Shown: positions 1-12,647 of the stretch, piece by piece | How the letters are laid out: each line of letters starts with the position of its first letter | Position numbering within the stretch: the first letter of the stretch is position 1 | Source of the DNA: Phoronis australis | Taxonomy: Eukaryota > Animalia > Phoronida | DNA length: 64,000 nt | NCBI GenBank assembly: GCA_002633005.1 | Contig: NMRA01000106.1 | Location: 291,655-355,654, forward strand | Direction of reading: 5' to 3' | Translations under genes and position numbers: made by a program | Notes under the pieces: model-generated | Told to the model about the DNA's origin: nothing | Seen by the model: only the letters and a program-made list of their open reading frames with translations | The model's database searches: none

Positions 1-542
1 TCGCGGGAGAGCTTATACTTAGCCATAGTTCCGTTACGAATGCGCTGTGTTCCGAATTTGACAACTTGAAATTGCACCTGAGCCCCCCAAACACTAAAAC
101 TGCACACATTTAAATCTTGTTTCATCCGTATAATTTTAATTACCGGTTTTAATTAATAAACTCAACATTTCCCTACGCTCTTGCTGTTTTATTTTTTGCG
201 GCAGTCAAGGGGGGGGGGGAGGTGCGGGCCGCTCCTAAATCCGCCTATGCGTAGAGACTTTAATTCAGTGCGACCATAGGTCATTGAGTACAGATTCACA
301 ATTACGATACATTCGTATTGAATTCTCAGAATACTTGTCACTTTCCGGTTAGTGGGCAGATGACTTAGGCCCCTACTTTCCAGAAGTACGATCGTGCCTC
401 AAACCAGGCGATGCTAGTGAATAGTGAGTTCTCGGCCACCATGCATGTATAGTATTGGTCGTGCTCGAAACCATCAACGACTCAAGAAAACGCTATCTCG
501 AAAATGGCACATTCATGTAGTATGATGAAATCCCAAAGCGTT

Positions 543-890
543 GCGATTAAGAATTCGGAATTGGCAGCTGAACAGCAGGGAAATGCGGCCTACTTAAGTC
601 CTTCCGGCCGGGCTATGACAAACCTCCTGGTATTAGCCGAAGAGTCGAATACCCAATGACGTCTATAATCTAGAGGTACATTTGATCCAAACGCCATTCC
701 TGACTGTTGCCTCAGTTCGTACCCTCATCTTAATGTTTACACCAATCGTGTCAATACCCTCGAAAAACATTCCCGGTCTTAAGGTGCCCATGTAGCTGAA
801 CAAGACTTCTGTCCCCACCAGACTTCATGTGGCACTTCAAAGACAATACATTTCTATTTTAAACTAGAATGCGATGGTTATTCATGTTTC
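543..890 (+). repeat. Copy 1 of a diverged ~350 bp direct repeat (copy 2 at ~5122-5480)
   Basis: Long near-identical blocks are shared with 5122-5480, e.g. ccgaagagtcgaatacccaatgacgtctataatctagaggtac and cttcatgtggcacttcaaagacaatacatttctattttaaactagaatgcga. Patchy similarity extends upstream (~430-500 vs ~4960-5040). Confidence 0.9.
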
Positions 891-3228
891 CATGTGAATA
901 TATAAATGTACGGAAACAGCGATACGTGGTGATGTCGTTTGAGAAAGGGTGCATTACGACGGAGGTAGAGACGTCATAGACAACAATACACACCAACGAC
1001 AATGCAAAGGACGACCCCCCAACATTTCGAGATCGCCATACGGTGAGAAAACTGCTTACAGAAGCACTGATAACTACATCGACGAAGTCGACAGCGTCTC
1101 GTGCAATAATGCAGTTTACAGCACTGATTCACTGACAATAATTACGAAGCTGTAAATACTGACGTGACGTTGCTGACATGAGAGCACCGCCAAAACCGAA
1201 AATTTCAAAGGCGGCAACAATATTAACAGTCATCGCGCGACAAGAAGCCCATGACAACGATGGCGAGGCCAAAGACAACGACGATGAAAACGACTATATC
1301 ATATTCGACGTCATTTTCATCATTATCAAATATTGACGACGAAATGGATAAAACTACAAAGATTCCAACCAGATGATCAACAGGCAAGAAAGCGCGGAAT
1401 GATCAATCAAAAAAGCATTAAATTTTAGAAAATCGCAAACAACTCAAGATCAGTAAGCCCTTAATAAAATCTATTTGCACCAAATTTCAGACGAACCCCA
1501 CAAGGTACCATAGAGCTCCGTAAATGGAAACATCAAAAATGGTTTTTACAGTATCCTGGAATTGAAAACAAAAATTTTAGCAAAAGACTCATTAAAAAGT
1601 ATTCTTCTGTAAAGACAATGCTTTTGGGTGCATGTGTTTTTCGTGCTTTAAATATTCAAACAAAGCAACTGTGTTCTTTTGCATAGCATATCGGCTGAAG
1701 GCCTGGAAGTTGTGAGCAAAATATGCACTTGTAAACATAATTTATTTGGCAAATTATAATAGAAATAATGGAAAGTTCCCTTCCTCGCATTGTCACTGTT
1801 TCACCGTATATCTTTTACATGCATGTGTATGTATTCTAAGTGCAATATTATATTACTATCATTGTTATGCACTTTTGAAAAAATGATGCCAACCAACGAC
1901 TACACCGAACAAGTGCGACGACGTTCGGTCTGTAATAGTGTTCGGGGCGTTGGTTTATAATATACATGTAAACGTTATGTTGTATTGGATTTGTACACAT
2001 GACCTATATTGTATTTTACACCTGGTGTTAACAATTACTGTGTTATATGCGAAAGTTGATTTCAATGTTTCCTAAATCAAACTATGGGGTTTGCCAATTA
2101 AGTGAATCCACGTATTAGTTTAATCGGTGTGTTAATATATTGTGTTCCTGTATCTACTCACGATTTTACTGTTCGACCATGTATCTGTGCACGTATGGTA
2201 ATAAAAGGAAATCGTACGTTTTTGGCAAGTTGATTGGAACCAACAACTACATTCATGACTTTTTACGTTAGAGAGTGGTGTGATATCTGTAGGATACATG
2301 TATCTGCAATGGATTGTTGGAACGCACAACTGCATTTGCATCCAACAGATGACACGGACCAGGTAAATATATACCTCACAGTTATACAAGCATAAAATGT
2401 CCATTGAGCTGGTATCACGGCGTTCGGCTTGAAATTCTAATGCATTTCGTTACTATGGATGTTTTATCGTGACGACACCACACAGTCAGCATTGGTTTTT
2501 AAGTCTTCAAATACATCATAGACTATACAAATACAAGTACCTCTACTCAGAACACCAATACATTAACAACTACAAGAGCATTTGTTGTGACTGATGACTT
2601 CAGTCGTAAATGGCAATGTCTCTTTTGTCGTAGTGGGATTTCTTACATGTATATTTGCGGTCTGCTAGTGTTTCGTTACATTTGTCGACCAATGTCAATT
2701 GTAATATCTACTTTGTCTTTGTTGTTGATGGTGAATTGTTTAGAGCGTCACGACTTTCCAATCAAACTTTTTTGGAATTGAATTGGTCAATTCAAATGAG
2801 TGCGTATTTATTTCTTATTATATTTGTCATGGAGATCACGTGACACTGAAGCGCAATTTTAATAATTTAATTCTTTCGTGGTTGTGTTTTGAACATGCCA
2901 GCTACTACAAATGTACTGATAACCTCAAAGAAGATAACGTCTCCAAAACGGAGATTTAGGAGGTAGTGTAAAGTTCTCATTGGGTTTTGTTTAGCAGCTA
3001 GTGCACACTTCACTCACTTGCTGCTTTTCCCTCCCTTCTGTCGAAAACTCTACGAATAACTCGAAACATTGGGAGTCGTTTCACGTCATAACTCCTTCAC
3101 ATGACCATAGAAACGTTTATTTTTGGTCCTTTTACTTTTACCGAAATAAAAACCGATGTTATGAAATAGGTGGCAAAATTAAATGAGACAATGTTGAAGA
3201 AAAGACTTTAAAATGCAGTAAATATTAT

Positions 3229-4819
3229 TTATTAAAAACACTAGCTTTTGAGCCTAACAAGAGCAACCCAGATATCAAGACAAATGGTGTGAAGTGCCTT
3301 CCTAGTTCTTTTGAACAGGCCGTAGGTTTAAGAAAACAATTCGTGGAATTTGGCTGCACACCTATTAAATTTACCGGAACTTTAAATGCTGCATCAGCTT
3401 CTACACTAACTAAAATTAATTCGCCAGAAAACAACCAAGGAATCAATTTTGAATTACTCACTTAATCATAACGGAAGTACTACCACCATCCGCTTAACAA
3501 CAATAATTAGACACTACGCTGTAATAAAATATGACAGATGTTACCAAGTAAGGGTGAGACTTTCTTTGAAGACAAAATGTCACATCTTGCACCTTCCTTG
3601 ATCAGAAGAGTAGCTATGTCTGCCTGGCCATTATCAATGGCAGCATAGAGAGCAGTGCAATTAGTTGGACTTCAAGAGTTGCAGTTGGATGGCAATAAAA
3701 TTACCATCATAGAGGAATTTGCCTTCGGGAATTTGAGTCTTTTGAGGAGACTTCACCTACGTGGTAACCGCACAGCATTGTAAAGATCAAGCCGAGCACA
3801 CTTCAAGGATCACAGAGTTTGGAACTCGATGCTAATTCAATTACTTACGTTTCAGAAACATGGTCTCCTTATGCTTGGCGGCTTAATGTTGATCTAAGGC
3901 GTGAACACGAAATCTCGTTAGAGAGCGTTACCTGTTTGGGGCTGAAAAATAAGTGTGGAAGTGGCATTGTATCGGCGACAATTTCAATAAACCTGGCCAA
4001 GCTACGAAATCTTGAATTAACAAACAGCGGTATTGCACACCTAGACGACCAGCCATTCAAGTTTTGCGGTAAACTTGTGTCGTTGGATCTCTCACAAAAT
4101 GAAATAATCTGACGAGACTGTCTGGGAAGATGTTTGTTGGACTTTTGTCATTGCGTATTCTTGTGGTAAGAAACAACAGGGTTGAAAAGATTGAGCGTGG
4201 GCCTTTCGAACTATTAAATTTGCCCACGACTATCAACCTTGATAACAATTGCATAAAGAAGATAATTCCCGGCGTTTTTAACGGAAGTTCCCTTAGTTAC
4301 ATTACGCTGAACCTTAATAGAATATCAAAAATAGAAGATGGCAGCTGGGAGAAAGTCATTACAATTATGACATTCCACGCTGTTCTCCCCTGAAGAAAAC
4401 AAACCAACTCTGCAATCTTTTCTGGACGTCAATATGAAGTGCCAAAACCCCTCCAAACCTGAAATAGATGTCCTCGTCATCAAAATAAACGTAACCGCTA
4501 TCCAATGCGTTTCAAGCGGCGACCCTTCGCCATTAATTTTATTCGACAATCCATTCGAAAGTTGACAACTTTTTTACCTTCAAGTAACGCATCTGATCTC
4601 ATAACGGTTACTGCACTCACTTTCCTCCTTGATCTGCTTATAAACGGAGTGTGCAACTGCTCCGCAATTAACGTGGTTGGCTTACAGTCGCACTACCCCA
4701 ATGCATCATTTTTGTTCAATTCATCCGTTGCAGGAACAAGCTCTTCAAGTGTTGGTCTCGCCACCTACAGTTCACTTTGCGTACTGCTAGTGTTGTTTAC
4801 TGTTGTAATAGTTTCCTAA
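3229..4819 (+). pseudogene. Frameshifted LRR-Ig (LIG-type) cell-surface protein pseudogene with hydrophobic, GPI-signal-like C-terminus
   Basis: LRR motifs occur in three different frames: LQELQLDGNKITIIEEFAFGNLSLLRRLHLRGN (3661-3780), LRNLELTNSGIAHLDDQPFKFCGKLVSLDLSQNEI (ORF 3819) and LRILVVRNNRVEKIERGPF (ORF 4130). These are followed by an LRRCT-like MKCQNPS, Ig-like IQCVSSGDPSPLIL and LLINGV-CNCSAINVVG, a Ser-rich spacer and the tail LCVLLVLFTVVIVS*. Several stops and frameshifts; no splice signals that rescue the frame were seen. Confidence 0.8.
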
Positions 4820-5121
4820 GCAGAATTTAAAGCGGCATTTCAACCTGTTTAGCTAGCTAAAATAAAAATCAAATTGGACCTTTTACAATGAAAATGGCCG
4901 TCAAATAAATCCCTTATAGAAATGGGATTCTATTTCCAACGAGAAACCTTCCCGAAACCTTCAGCGACTCAAAAAGTGAAAACGCTTCGGAGTTTGCGAT
5001 TGGCCACCCTAAAATTGCTAACTCGAAAATGACACATGCACGTCGGAGTATTGCCTCTGACTTGAGTTAAAAGCTCATAAGTTTGGTATGAATGCAATGA
5101 TGCTATCAAATGAAAGTGCTT

Positions 5122-5480
5122 CGATTAAGAATTCAGAATTGACAGCTGAACAGCGGGGAAATGCGGCCCCTTCAAGTTCTTCCGGGCTATGATAAACTAC
5201 TAGTATTAGCAGATAACCGGAAGGATCTACTTAATCCGAAGAGTCGAATACCCAATGACGTCTATAATCTAGAGGTACGTTTGATCCAAACGCCATCCCT
5301 GACTGTTCATAGCCCCATCTTAATGTTTACACCAATCGTGTCACAACCCTCGAAAAACATTCCCGGTCTTTAGGTGCCTATGTAGCTGAACAAGACTTCT
5401 GTCCCCACCAAACTTCATGTGGCACTTCAAAGACAATACATTTCTATTTTAAACTAGAATGCGACGGTTATTAATGTTTC
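5122..5480 (+). repeat. Copy 2 of the diverged ~350 bp direct repeat
   Basis: Aligns by eye to 543-890 with substitutions and small indels. Confidence 0.9.
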
Positions 5481-5582
5481 AACAAGTAAGCAAATGGAGG
5501 TCTGGAAGGAACTGTCATACACCGAGTTGTTTGAAAGACCATGTTCATTGACGGACTTTCATACTGAGAGCCGTTGAAAGAA

Positions 5583-5835
5583 CTGGGACCCGTTCCAACA
5601 AAACTGACTTAGCTAAGACAAATCTTAAATTTTAGTAAATTTTAACATAAAAGTTAAATTTGTCTCAAAACCAATTCAAGAAAGAGATCTTAAGTTTGAC
5701 TTAAGTGTTTGACATAAATTGTTTCTTAATTTTGACTAATTTACCTAATGTGGAAGTTCCGAAGTTTGGAAGTTAAGACAAATCTTAAACTTAGGTAAAA
5801 AATGAACTTAAATCAGTTTCTTGGAGCAGGCCACT
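5583..5835. mobile_element. MITE-like element (Harbinger-like termini) with TTAA/CTTAAG-rich interior
   Basis: Imperfect terminal inverted repeats ctgggacccgttccaacaaaactga / tcagtttcttggagcaggccac; internal taagacaaatcttaaa is duplicated. Confidence 0.5.
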
Positions 5836-8800
5836 GTTAGATAGAATGTTGTTATTGTTACGTAATAGTAGATGGGAATTCTTAAAAATTCAGGATGGCA
5901 CTTTATTCCAGGAGTTCTAGAGATTTCCACAGAGCCCACACGAACACGAATGCCCCTCACAGGGGCTCTTACGGGATCGTTTGCATTGATGACACTGGAA
6001 AAAAGCGTGAAAATGCGTCAAAATGTCATTTTTTCTCAATTTTGGTTCGTAAAATGTTTTTTAAGATAGTTAAATTTTGTCTATGAATAGTCGTGCAGGC
6101 GTCGCTGGACCACTGTTAACGTACCCAAACTGCCGATTAATCACCGATTCCAATGCGACCACTTGTGACTGGAGTTGCTTTTTTAAATCTCAGTTGCAAT
6201 CATTTCAGACTACCTCAGGCCCACAGCAGATTTCAAGTCCACTGCTGAATGAGCAATTATTCAAGTCCTATCGATTTTTTCCAAAAGAGCACCTAAGGGG
6301 CTTTTTGTGGACTCAAAAACTCAGAGGGAAAATAGAAGTTAACATTTTTTTAGCGGAAATCACCTACTCCCTTGAACTTTTTACTGTATCAAAACTTGTC
6401 ATGGTGCTTTCTTTGATCAGTACTTGAAGTAAACGCTAGTTAGCGTTAGTTGTACTTGAGGTCTAACTTTGATAATGTGAATAAGTCGACCAGGAAGAAC
6501 CCAATTTAACCTCCTTAAATCACTAATAAAGAGATATTTATTCTATCTAACAACAAATCTTGTTATTTGCTCCCTAAAACCGATTTTGCCCATCAATTAG
6601 AAAAAATTCGAAGGCGGTTCGGACAAGACCCACTGAAAAAAAAATGATGTCGGCATGTCGTTTATATGCTTTAAACGAATATGTTTCCTTCGAAAACTGT
6701 TGTTAGGACTCCCTTATGGCATCCTTAATCCGCCACTGTTAATTAGCAAGGAACAATAATTGAGTTTCTGTGTATGATTAGCTTTTGTTTTTCACAGTTT
6801 ATTCAAGACAGCAGCTCGCTAAAGGATACTTGCTGCGTGACAGGAAAGGGATGTTCAAGTGTACATTCCGTAAGACAAGTTTCGTGGGGAAAGCGTGGTC
6901 ACGTAAGACCACAAAAGCACGCAAATGAGAAGCAAGTGTTTTCGAGTAAGCTCGGGACCTCGCTAGTTTAGGTCGCAAAATGAAAACCGCTAAATGGTGG
7001 TTGGTCGGCGATGCTGGAATGTTGAATTAGTGGACCCATAGATAATAGACTATAGTTTATGGTGGATCCGAAATTTTATGAGCTCGGTCTGAAGAAATAA
7101 CTAGTTGTCAGTATCTTCCAACCCACCTTCCGTGACAAAGGAGCCAATTATTTAACAGTAAATGGGCTAAATCGTATTTTGACAGACATTGACAGCGTAG
7201 GTTTAATGCCGCTCTTAGTCTTTACTCGGCTGTCTGATCAGTTTTTCTGTTCCTGATAATTTTATTTTGTATAAGAAAAATGAAAGTGATCGAGTAGCAT
7301 AAAGATTTAAAACTTATCTGCCGAATATGTTTGATTGTTTTGTGACGTCAAATTCACATTTAAGTGCCTTACAGCGTGAAGACCGAAGTACGACGTCATT
7401 GTTGCTATCCAGCGTACATGTATAACTTCTATGCAACGTGATTCTCTGGCCTGCCTATCGCCTTGGAAACAGCTACGGCTGGATAGGGTCATCTAATTAA
7501 TGTTGTGAATGCTTTAATTAATTTTCAAAGTCTTGATTTATACTGGATAGCCTGTTCAGTATACTTTACTGATCTCACTTAAAACGATATGCAAAGTAAA
7601 TGATAATAATAACAAATAAACTACGAAACACAAATGCATTAATGAAAATAAATACATATCACACCAATGTGTGAAAATACCGTAAAACACGAACAACAGA
7701 AATAACAAGGGAAAACGCTGAAGAACTGAAATGAAAGACAAATACACATAGATTATGTCAAAAACAAATTAAATTTAATTTAAATAATACACAATGTAAC
7801 ACAAGTACAGTAAAAAGTAAAAATGAATGCATGAATTACGATGGTATTACGGAGATGTATACTGTAACAAAAATCGAAGTAAAACAACCGTTTGAACAAA
7901 GTTATAAAGAGGCATGGCACGTGAAAGCTCCTCAAAAATGTTTTAAACAAATTCGAACGAAAATGCCATCTCGCAACGTCTAGTACAGAGTATTTCACTT
8001 TCTCCTGGGAGGAAATTTCCAGAAAAAAATCACAAAATTCATGATTTTTAAAATAAACGCGAAGGAAAACACTGTGGTTACCACAGAGTTTCTAATCTCC
8101 CTCTCACTTACGATTAATGCGCCCATGCTCTCACAGTCAGTTGCTTGAAGTCGCTTGAGGTCAAAAGTCACATATCCATATAAAGGAAATAATCTACGTC
8201 TATGTCTTGCTATACCAAATAAGGAGACGTGCTTTGCTTTGTGGGCGAAAAATCGATGAAGTGACGAGCAGTTGACAAATCGTTTTTTGAAAATTTAAAC
8301 CATGAGAAAACACTTTGATATCAACAGAAATTTTAAAAAGTTTACGAACAGACCCTAAAAATACCTAATGAGCAGGTTGAATTCCGTTTCAGTGGCAGAG
8401 AACCACTTTCAATAGTGTAATTTAGTCTGTTTATCGCGTTCCAGGCATCTTTGAGTGTTAAATATATTGAAAAAAGCTACATGTATACTACCGAAGTTTA
8501 TCTTGGTGCGAGTGATGTACAAATCAACTAAGTAAACTAGCTTTTGCACTCCTGAAATCAATAACGCTCACTCACGCGATTTTATCTGAGAGATAATTGG
8601 AGGCATGGACGTCTATACACTTCTTGAGTAAGATGCTCTATTTAACTTTAAATTTCAAGGGGGGTGGGTGCAATTTCAGTGTGAATGGTAAAGAAATATC
8701 TCATCTCTGAACCATGTCTTAAACGTCAAGTCTCGTGACAGGAAAGGCAAGATTTTCACAGTGAATTTACAGGGGCATTTCAAAGTTGCTTAGCTGTCAA

Positions 8801-11080
8801 TGTTGGATTATTGTGAAAGGTGGGCCGTTTTTCAAACTTTGAAAATAACCCCGGGTCCGGCTTTTTCACAAGTAATTTTTATTGTGCTCGGCACTATCAG
8901 GAAAAAGTCAGGCGTAAATGACCGTCGTCCAGACCCCAGAGCGTTTAAGGTCGGGTTTGTTGGCCAATGTTGGGGTTAAAGTCATGGTTAGGCATGTACG
9001 AACACTGCTTATGATGAAAATGTCGAATACAGTTTAAAAAATGACTTGTAAGCTAGTCTCACTGAAGTGCCGGCGAAAGGCCTGAGGAGGCCTATCTTTT
9101 TTATATGAGTACTAAATAGATGGCGTGGCAGATGGTTTTAGGTCAAGTGGTCTTTCGAGTACGTCTTCGGTCTGAGTACCACATAATTCTCGGGGGCGCA
9201 AAAATGATTAAGCTGCACCGAAGAAAAAAATCCGAAGCCCTCATATCTCTTTCAGTCCACCGAGCACGATTAGATAGATGTTACGAAATGATTCTAAAGA
9301 CTGCACCTCGAAAATATTAATTACTCAAATGATACTGCCAAATAATTGAGGCAAATGCCTCTGAAAAATCAAGATATAGTGGAGCTGATGTATTATTATT
9401 ATCATTTCCCACAATCCTGACAATAATCAATGAAATTTCAAGTTGGGCCAATTCTGTAGAACACCATTGTGAGAAAGCCAAAGGCCTATTGTGAAATTTT
9501 AATCAAAATAAATTTCATATGAAAGTAATTGCATAACTGTGCGTACATAAAATCAAGCAGGACAATGCTTTTTAACACGGGAATTACTTTGCCAATTTAC
9601 AGTTAATCAGAAAGTACTCGTTAGAAATTGAAATAAATTGATTCATTGTTCAATTAACTATCAGGCTAGCTGTTACTGTCTGCCACCATGAACACTTGCC
9701 AACTTGTGTGGGGTGATGCGAAATTTTTTTAGACTAGGAATTGGTGGCTACCTAAATTCTTTTATCATTTTCAAAAGTTTTGGTTAGAGAAAAAATTCAA
9801 AGACAGAAGATTTACGTCATCACTGTCATTAACCAAAATAGATATATACGGTTATTATACACTCCTTCTCATATCTCGACTATGAAGTTAGGCTAAACAG
9901 AAATACAGTAATTAACCGTATACGCCTGTCACTAATGGCCTAGCGTACTAAACAAGCAGAAAAAGCCACACGCGTTGAAATACCGCCTCTCAAATAAGAA
10001 AGAATCGAAAAGAACCAAAATACTAACGTGACCTACAAGTCCTCCAAATTGGCCCATAGACTCTCTAGGCCTTGTAGCAACGACGCTTTTCTAAATTGAT
10101 TCCTGTCCTGGAATGCTTTGTTTCAACCATTTATGCTTTTTATACGTTTTTGATGGAGAGTGAGTTTTATGCGTACACGCATACTTAAAAGTCATATTTG
10201 TTTGGCAAAACAATTACAACCATCTTATTTCAGCCCCGTATATAACCTGTGAGTGTCCACATGACTGATGTGTAAAGTTTTACTAATAAGCAATTTCGTA
10301 ATGTCATCCATCACTTTTTTGCAGTCTTGTTATCGGGAGTAGACAATTGAATCATCATTTAAGAGCCTTCCAAGTTCTTCCTAGGTGTACTGGGGGCCAC
10401 ATCACTTGTATATCCACGTGCGGAAAAGATCTACCAAATCCAGACAGTTCTAGATCGCATAGGCGGATTTAAGAGGGCCCAAAGAGCCTGCATCTTCTAC
10501 AGACACGACCAAAACACCGTCGTTGGATTGTTCAGACATTTTCCCGACGAGAATTGTGGTTGCCCCTTTTATGACAGATCATGCAACTGGATTTTTGTCG
10601 TCGACTGTCTAACATACTCATGCTTCAGTTCAATCCCCCTTCATCTTGGATCGCAATGGCCTCTCATTGGCACCTGCAGTTTTCAGAATCACGCTGAGAA
10701 GCAATACCGTTCTTACGAATGGAAAATTCACAAAAATACGCCCATGAGAGTACTTTTGAACAGGCTTATTCTTTGGAAATTCACAGTAACAAAAAGGCAG
10801 TACTGACACAGTCCATATCCTGCAGACGGTGTCCATGTAATTTCAAAAGCCACTAGGAAGTTGTTAGATTTCGATCAAACTTATTCTATAAAATAACAAA
10901 CAAAATATGCTTTACGTATTTTCCATAGCCAAGTTAAAAGTGAACAGCACGACAGGCTTAGCCAACCAAGAATGTTTAAATTCTTCATGGAAAATGTCAG
11001 GAAAATGACAATATTAAATAAATCTATATTGCACGAAGCCGACTGCATCCTAAAGGCGTAGAAAAAAACCATGGTTAATG

Positions 11081-11106
11081 TTACGTCAAGAATCATTATG
11101 ACGTCA
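11081..11106. promoter_or_regulatory. Paired CRE/ATF-like sites just upstream of the YWTD receptor ORF
   Basis: TTACGTCA at 11081-11088 and palindromic TGACGTCA at 11099-11106. Motif match only; function untested. Confidence 0.25.
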
Positions 11107-11144
11107 GAACTTCATGCTTATTTAGTGAAAAATTTAAGGTTACC

Positions 11145-12647
11145 ATGCAATTTCATCGCAGTGGTGCGATAGCGTTGGTGTTTTGTACGATCGGGAACTT
11201 TCCAATCACCTCTCAGGTACTTGCCGAAGGCTCTACAACTAAAGAAGTTAAAAAAGATTTGTCGGCGAATGACAAAATCGACTTCGAGATATTTGGGAAG
11301 GGAAACTTTACAAACGTGACGGGGCAGTCAAGACAACCCCCAAACGATTGTTCGGGTTGGGGTGCATGTTCTCAGATATGTACTACTGTTGAGGTAAAAA
11401 GCCACAACAGAACAGTAACATCAGTCAATTGCTCCTGTTATGATGGATACTATCTAGCGAAAGACGCCTTCACATGCCTCATAGCTTCAGACGAAACACT
11501 CTATTTATTTTACTCCACGGAGCATGAAATTCGATTTGTAGATATTCAAGATCTCACGCAAGTTTCAGACCTCTTAGACAGACAAGTTGTGAAAACTAGT
11601 GGAAAAGTTATCACTTTCGACGTAAATGTTCAGAGAAAGATTGTTTACGTTCTCGAAAAAATCGGTGCCTCGAACACCACAATAGTGAGATACAACGTTC
11701 AGCTGAGCAGAAGTGCTGCTCAGGAAGTTGTCGACGGAAAATATTTTGATCAGTTGACGGATGATATTGGTGACATTGCCATTGACTGGATAGGTGAGAA
11801 TATATACTGGGTCTCAGTAAATGGATTGTTCGCAGCCACGTCTATGGGGTACTACAAGAGAACTCTTGTTAAGGATACCTTTGCCAAAGACATGTCTCTG
11901 GTTGTGGATCCTGCTTCTGCTTTGCTGTTCTGGTCAGAGGCCTCTAACCCGGGAAAAATAAAACGTATCAGCATGAGTGGAGATGGCGACATTAAAGAAC
12001 TTGTTAATTTGGATCTCGGAAGAGCACGTTTCGCCTTTTACTTGACACTTGACGTGAAAGACAAACGGTTATATTTTACGTGCGCCGTAGATAATACGCT
12101 GCAAACGACGACTTATGCAGGAAACGAGCATCGAGTAGTTCGAGTACTCCCAGAGAGAAATTTGATCAATCGAATTTCGACAGCTGTCTTCACAAACTAT
12201 ATCTATTGGCCGGCGGGTCCTGAAATTCGACCTCGCATGGTTATCCGAGCAGCAAAATGGCGTGGGGATAACGAATTACGCATTGAACCAGTCCAGGGAT
12301 ACGCGACGGATATCAAGTTATGGCATTCTTATAAGCAGCCGCCACTGGAGGTGAACCCCTGCTCTGAGAAAAAATGTGATGAACTTTGCCTCTTGCACAT
12401 GAATCATCTAGCTAGCGCACCATCGGCAATTTGTAAAAGTTCCGACCCAGAGGTTTCACTTCCGCCTTTCACTACGCCACCACCGTTGCTGACACCTGCT
12501 GCCATTGGCGCCATCTCTGGGACGTTTATTCTGTTAATTACTCTGCTTGTAGGATTCTTGGGTTATCATCAGTATAGCAAACGCAGAACTTTAAAGATTA
12601 CAAAGGAGAAAGAAAGAAAAAAAGAAGAGTACGTATTCGTTCACTAA
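11145..12647 (+). CDS. Single-ORF LDL-receptor-family-like type I membrane protein: signal peptide, EGF, YWTD beta-propeller, truncated EGF, Pro/Thr stalk, TM, short basic tail (500 aa)
   Basis: Uninterrupted 500-codon ORF. Hydrophobic N-terminus; EGF (CSGWGACSQIC...CSCYDGYYLAKDAFTC); YWTD-type blades (IAIDWIGENIYWVS, LVVDPASALLFWSE, LTLDVKDKRLYFT, IYWPA); NPCSEKKCDELCL; TM AAIGAISGTFILLITLLVGFLGY followed by KRR. Confidence 0.9.
   Translation: MQFHRSGAIALVFCTIGNFPITSQVLAEGSTTKEVKKDLSANDKIDFEIFGKGNFTNVTGQSRQPPNDCSGWGACSQICTTVEVKSHNRTVTSVNCSCYDGYYLAKDAFTCLIASDETLYLFYSTEHEIRFVDIQDLTQVSDLLDRQVVKTSGKVITFDVNVQRKIVYVLEKIGASNTTIVRYNVQLSRSAAQEVVDGKYFDQLTDDIGDIAIDWIGENIYWVSVNGLFAATSMGYYKRTLVKDTFAKDMSLVVDPASALLFWSEASNPGKIKRISMSGDGDIKELVNLDLGRARFAFYLTLDVKDKRLYFTCAVDNTLQTTTYAGNEHRVVRVLPERNLINRISTAVFTNYIYWPAGPEIRPRMVIRAAKWRGDNELRIEPVQGYATDIKLWHSYKQPPLEVNPCSEKKCDELCLLHMNHLASAPSAICKSSDPEVSLPPFTTPPPLLTPAAIGAISGTFILLITLLVGFLGYHQYSKRRTLKITKEKERKKEEYVFVH

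Noticed and set aside
5872-11096. Many 60-116 aa ORFs in the track (also 35187-39677 and 42238-44540)
   Set aside because: No domain signatures or consistent splice phases; lengths are compatible with chance ORFs in intergenic DNA.
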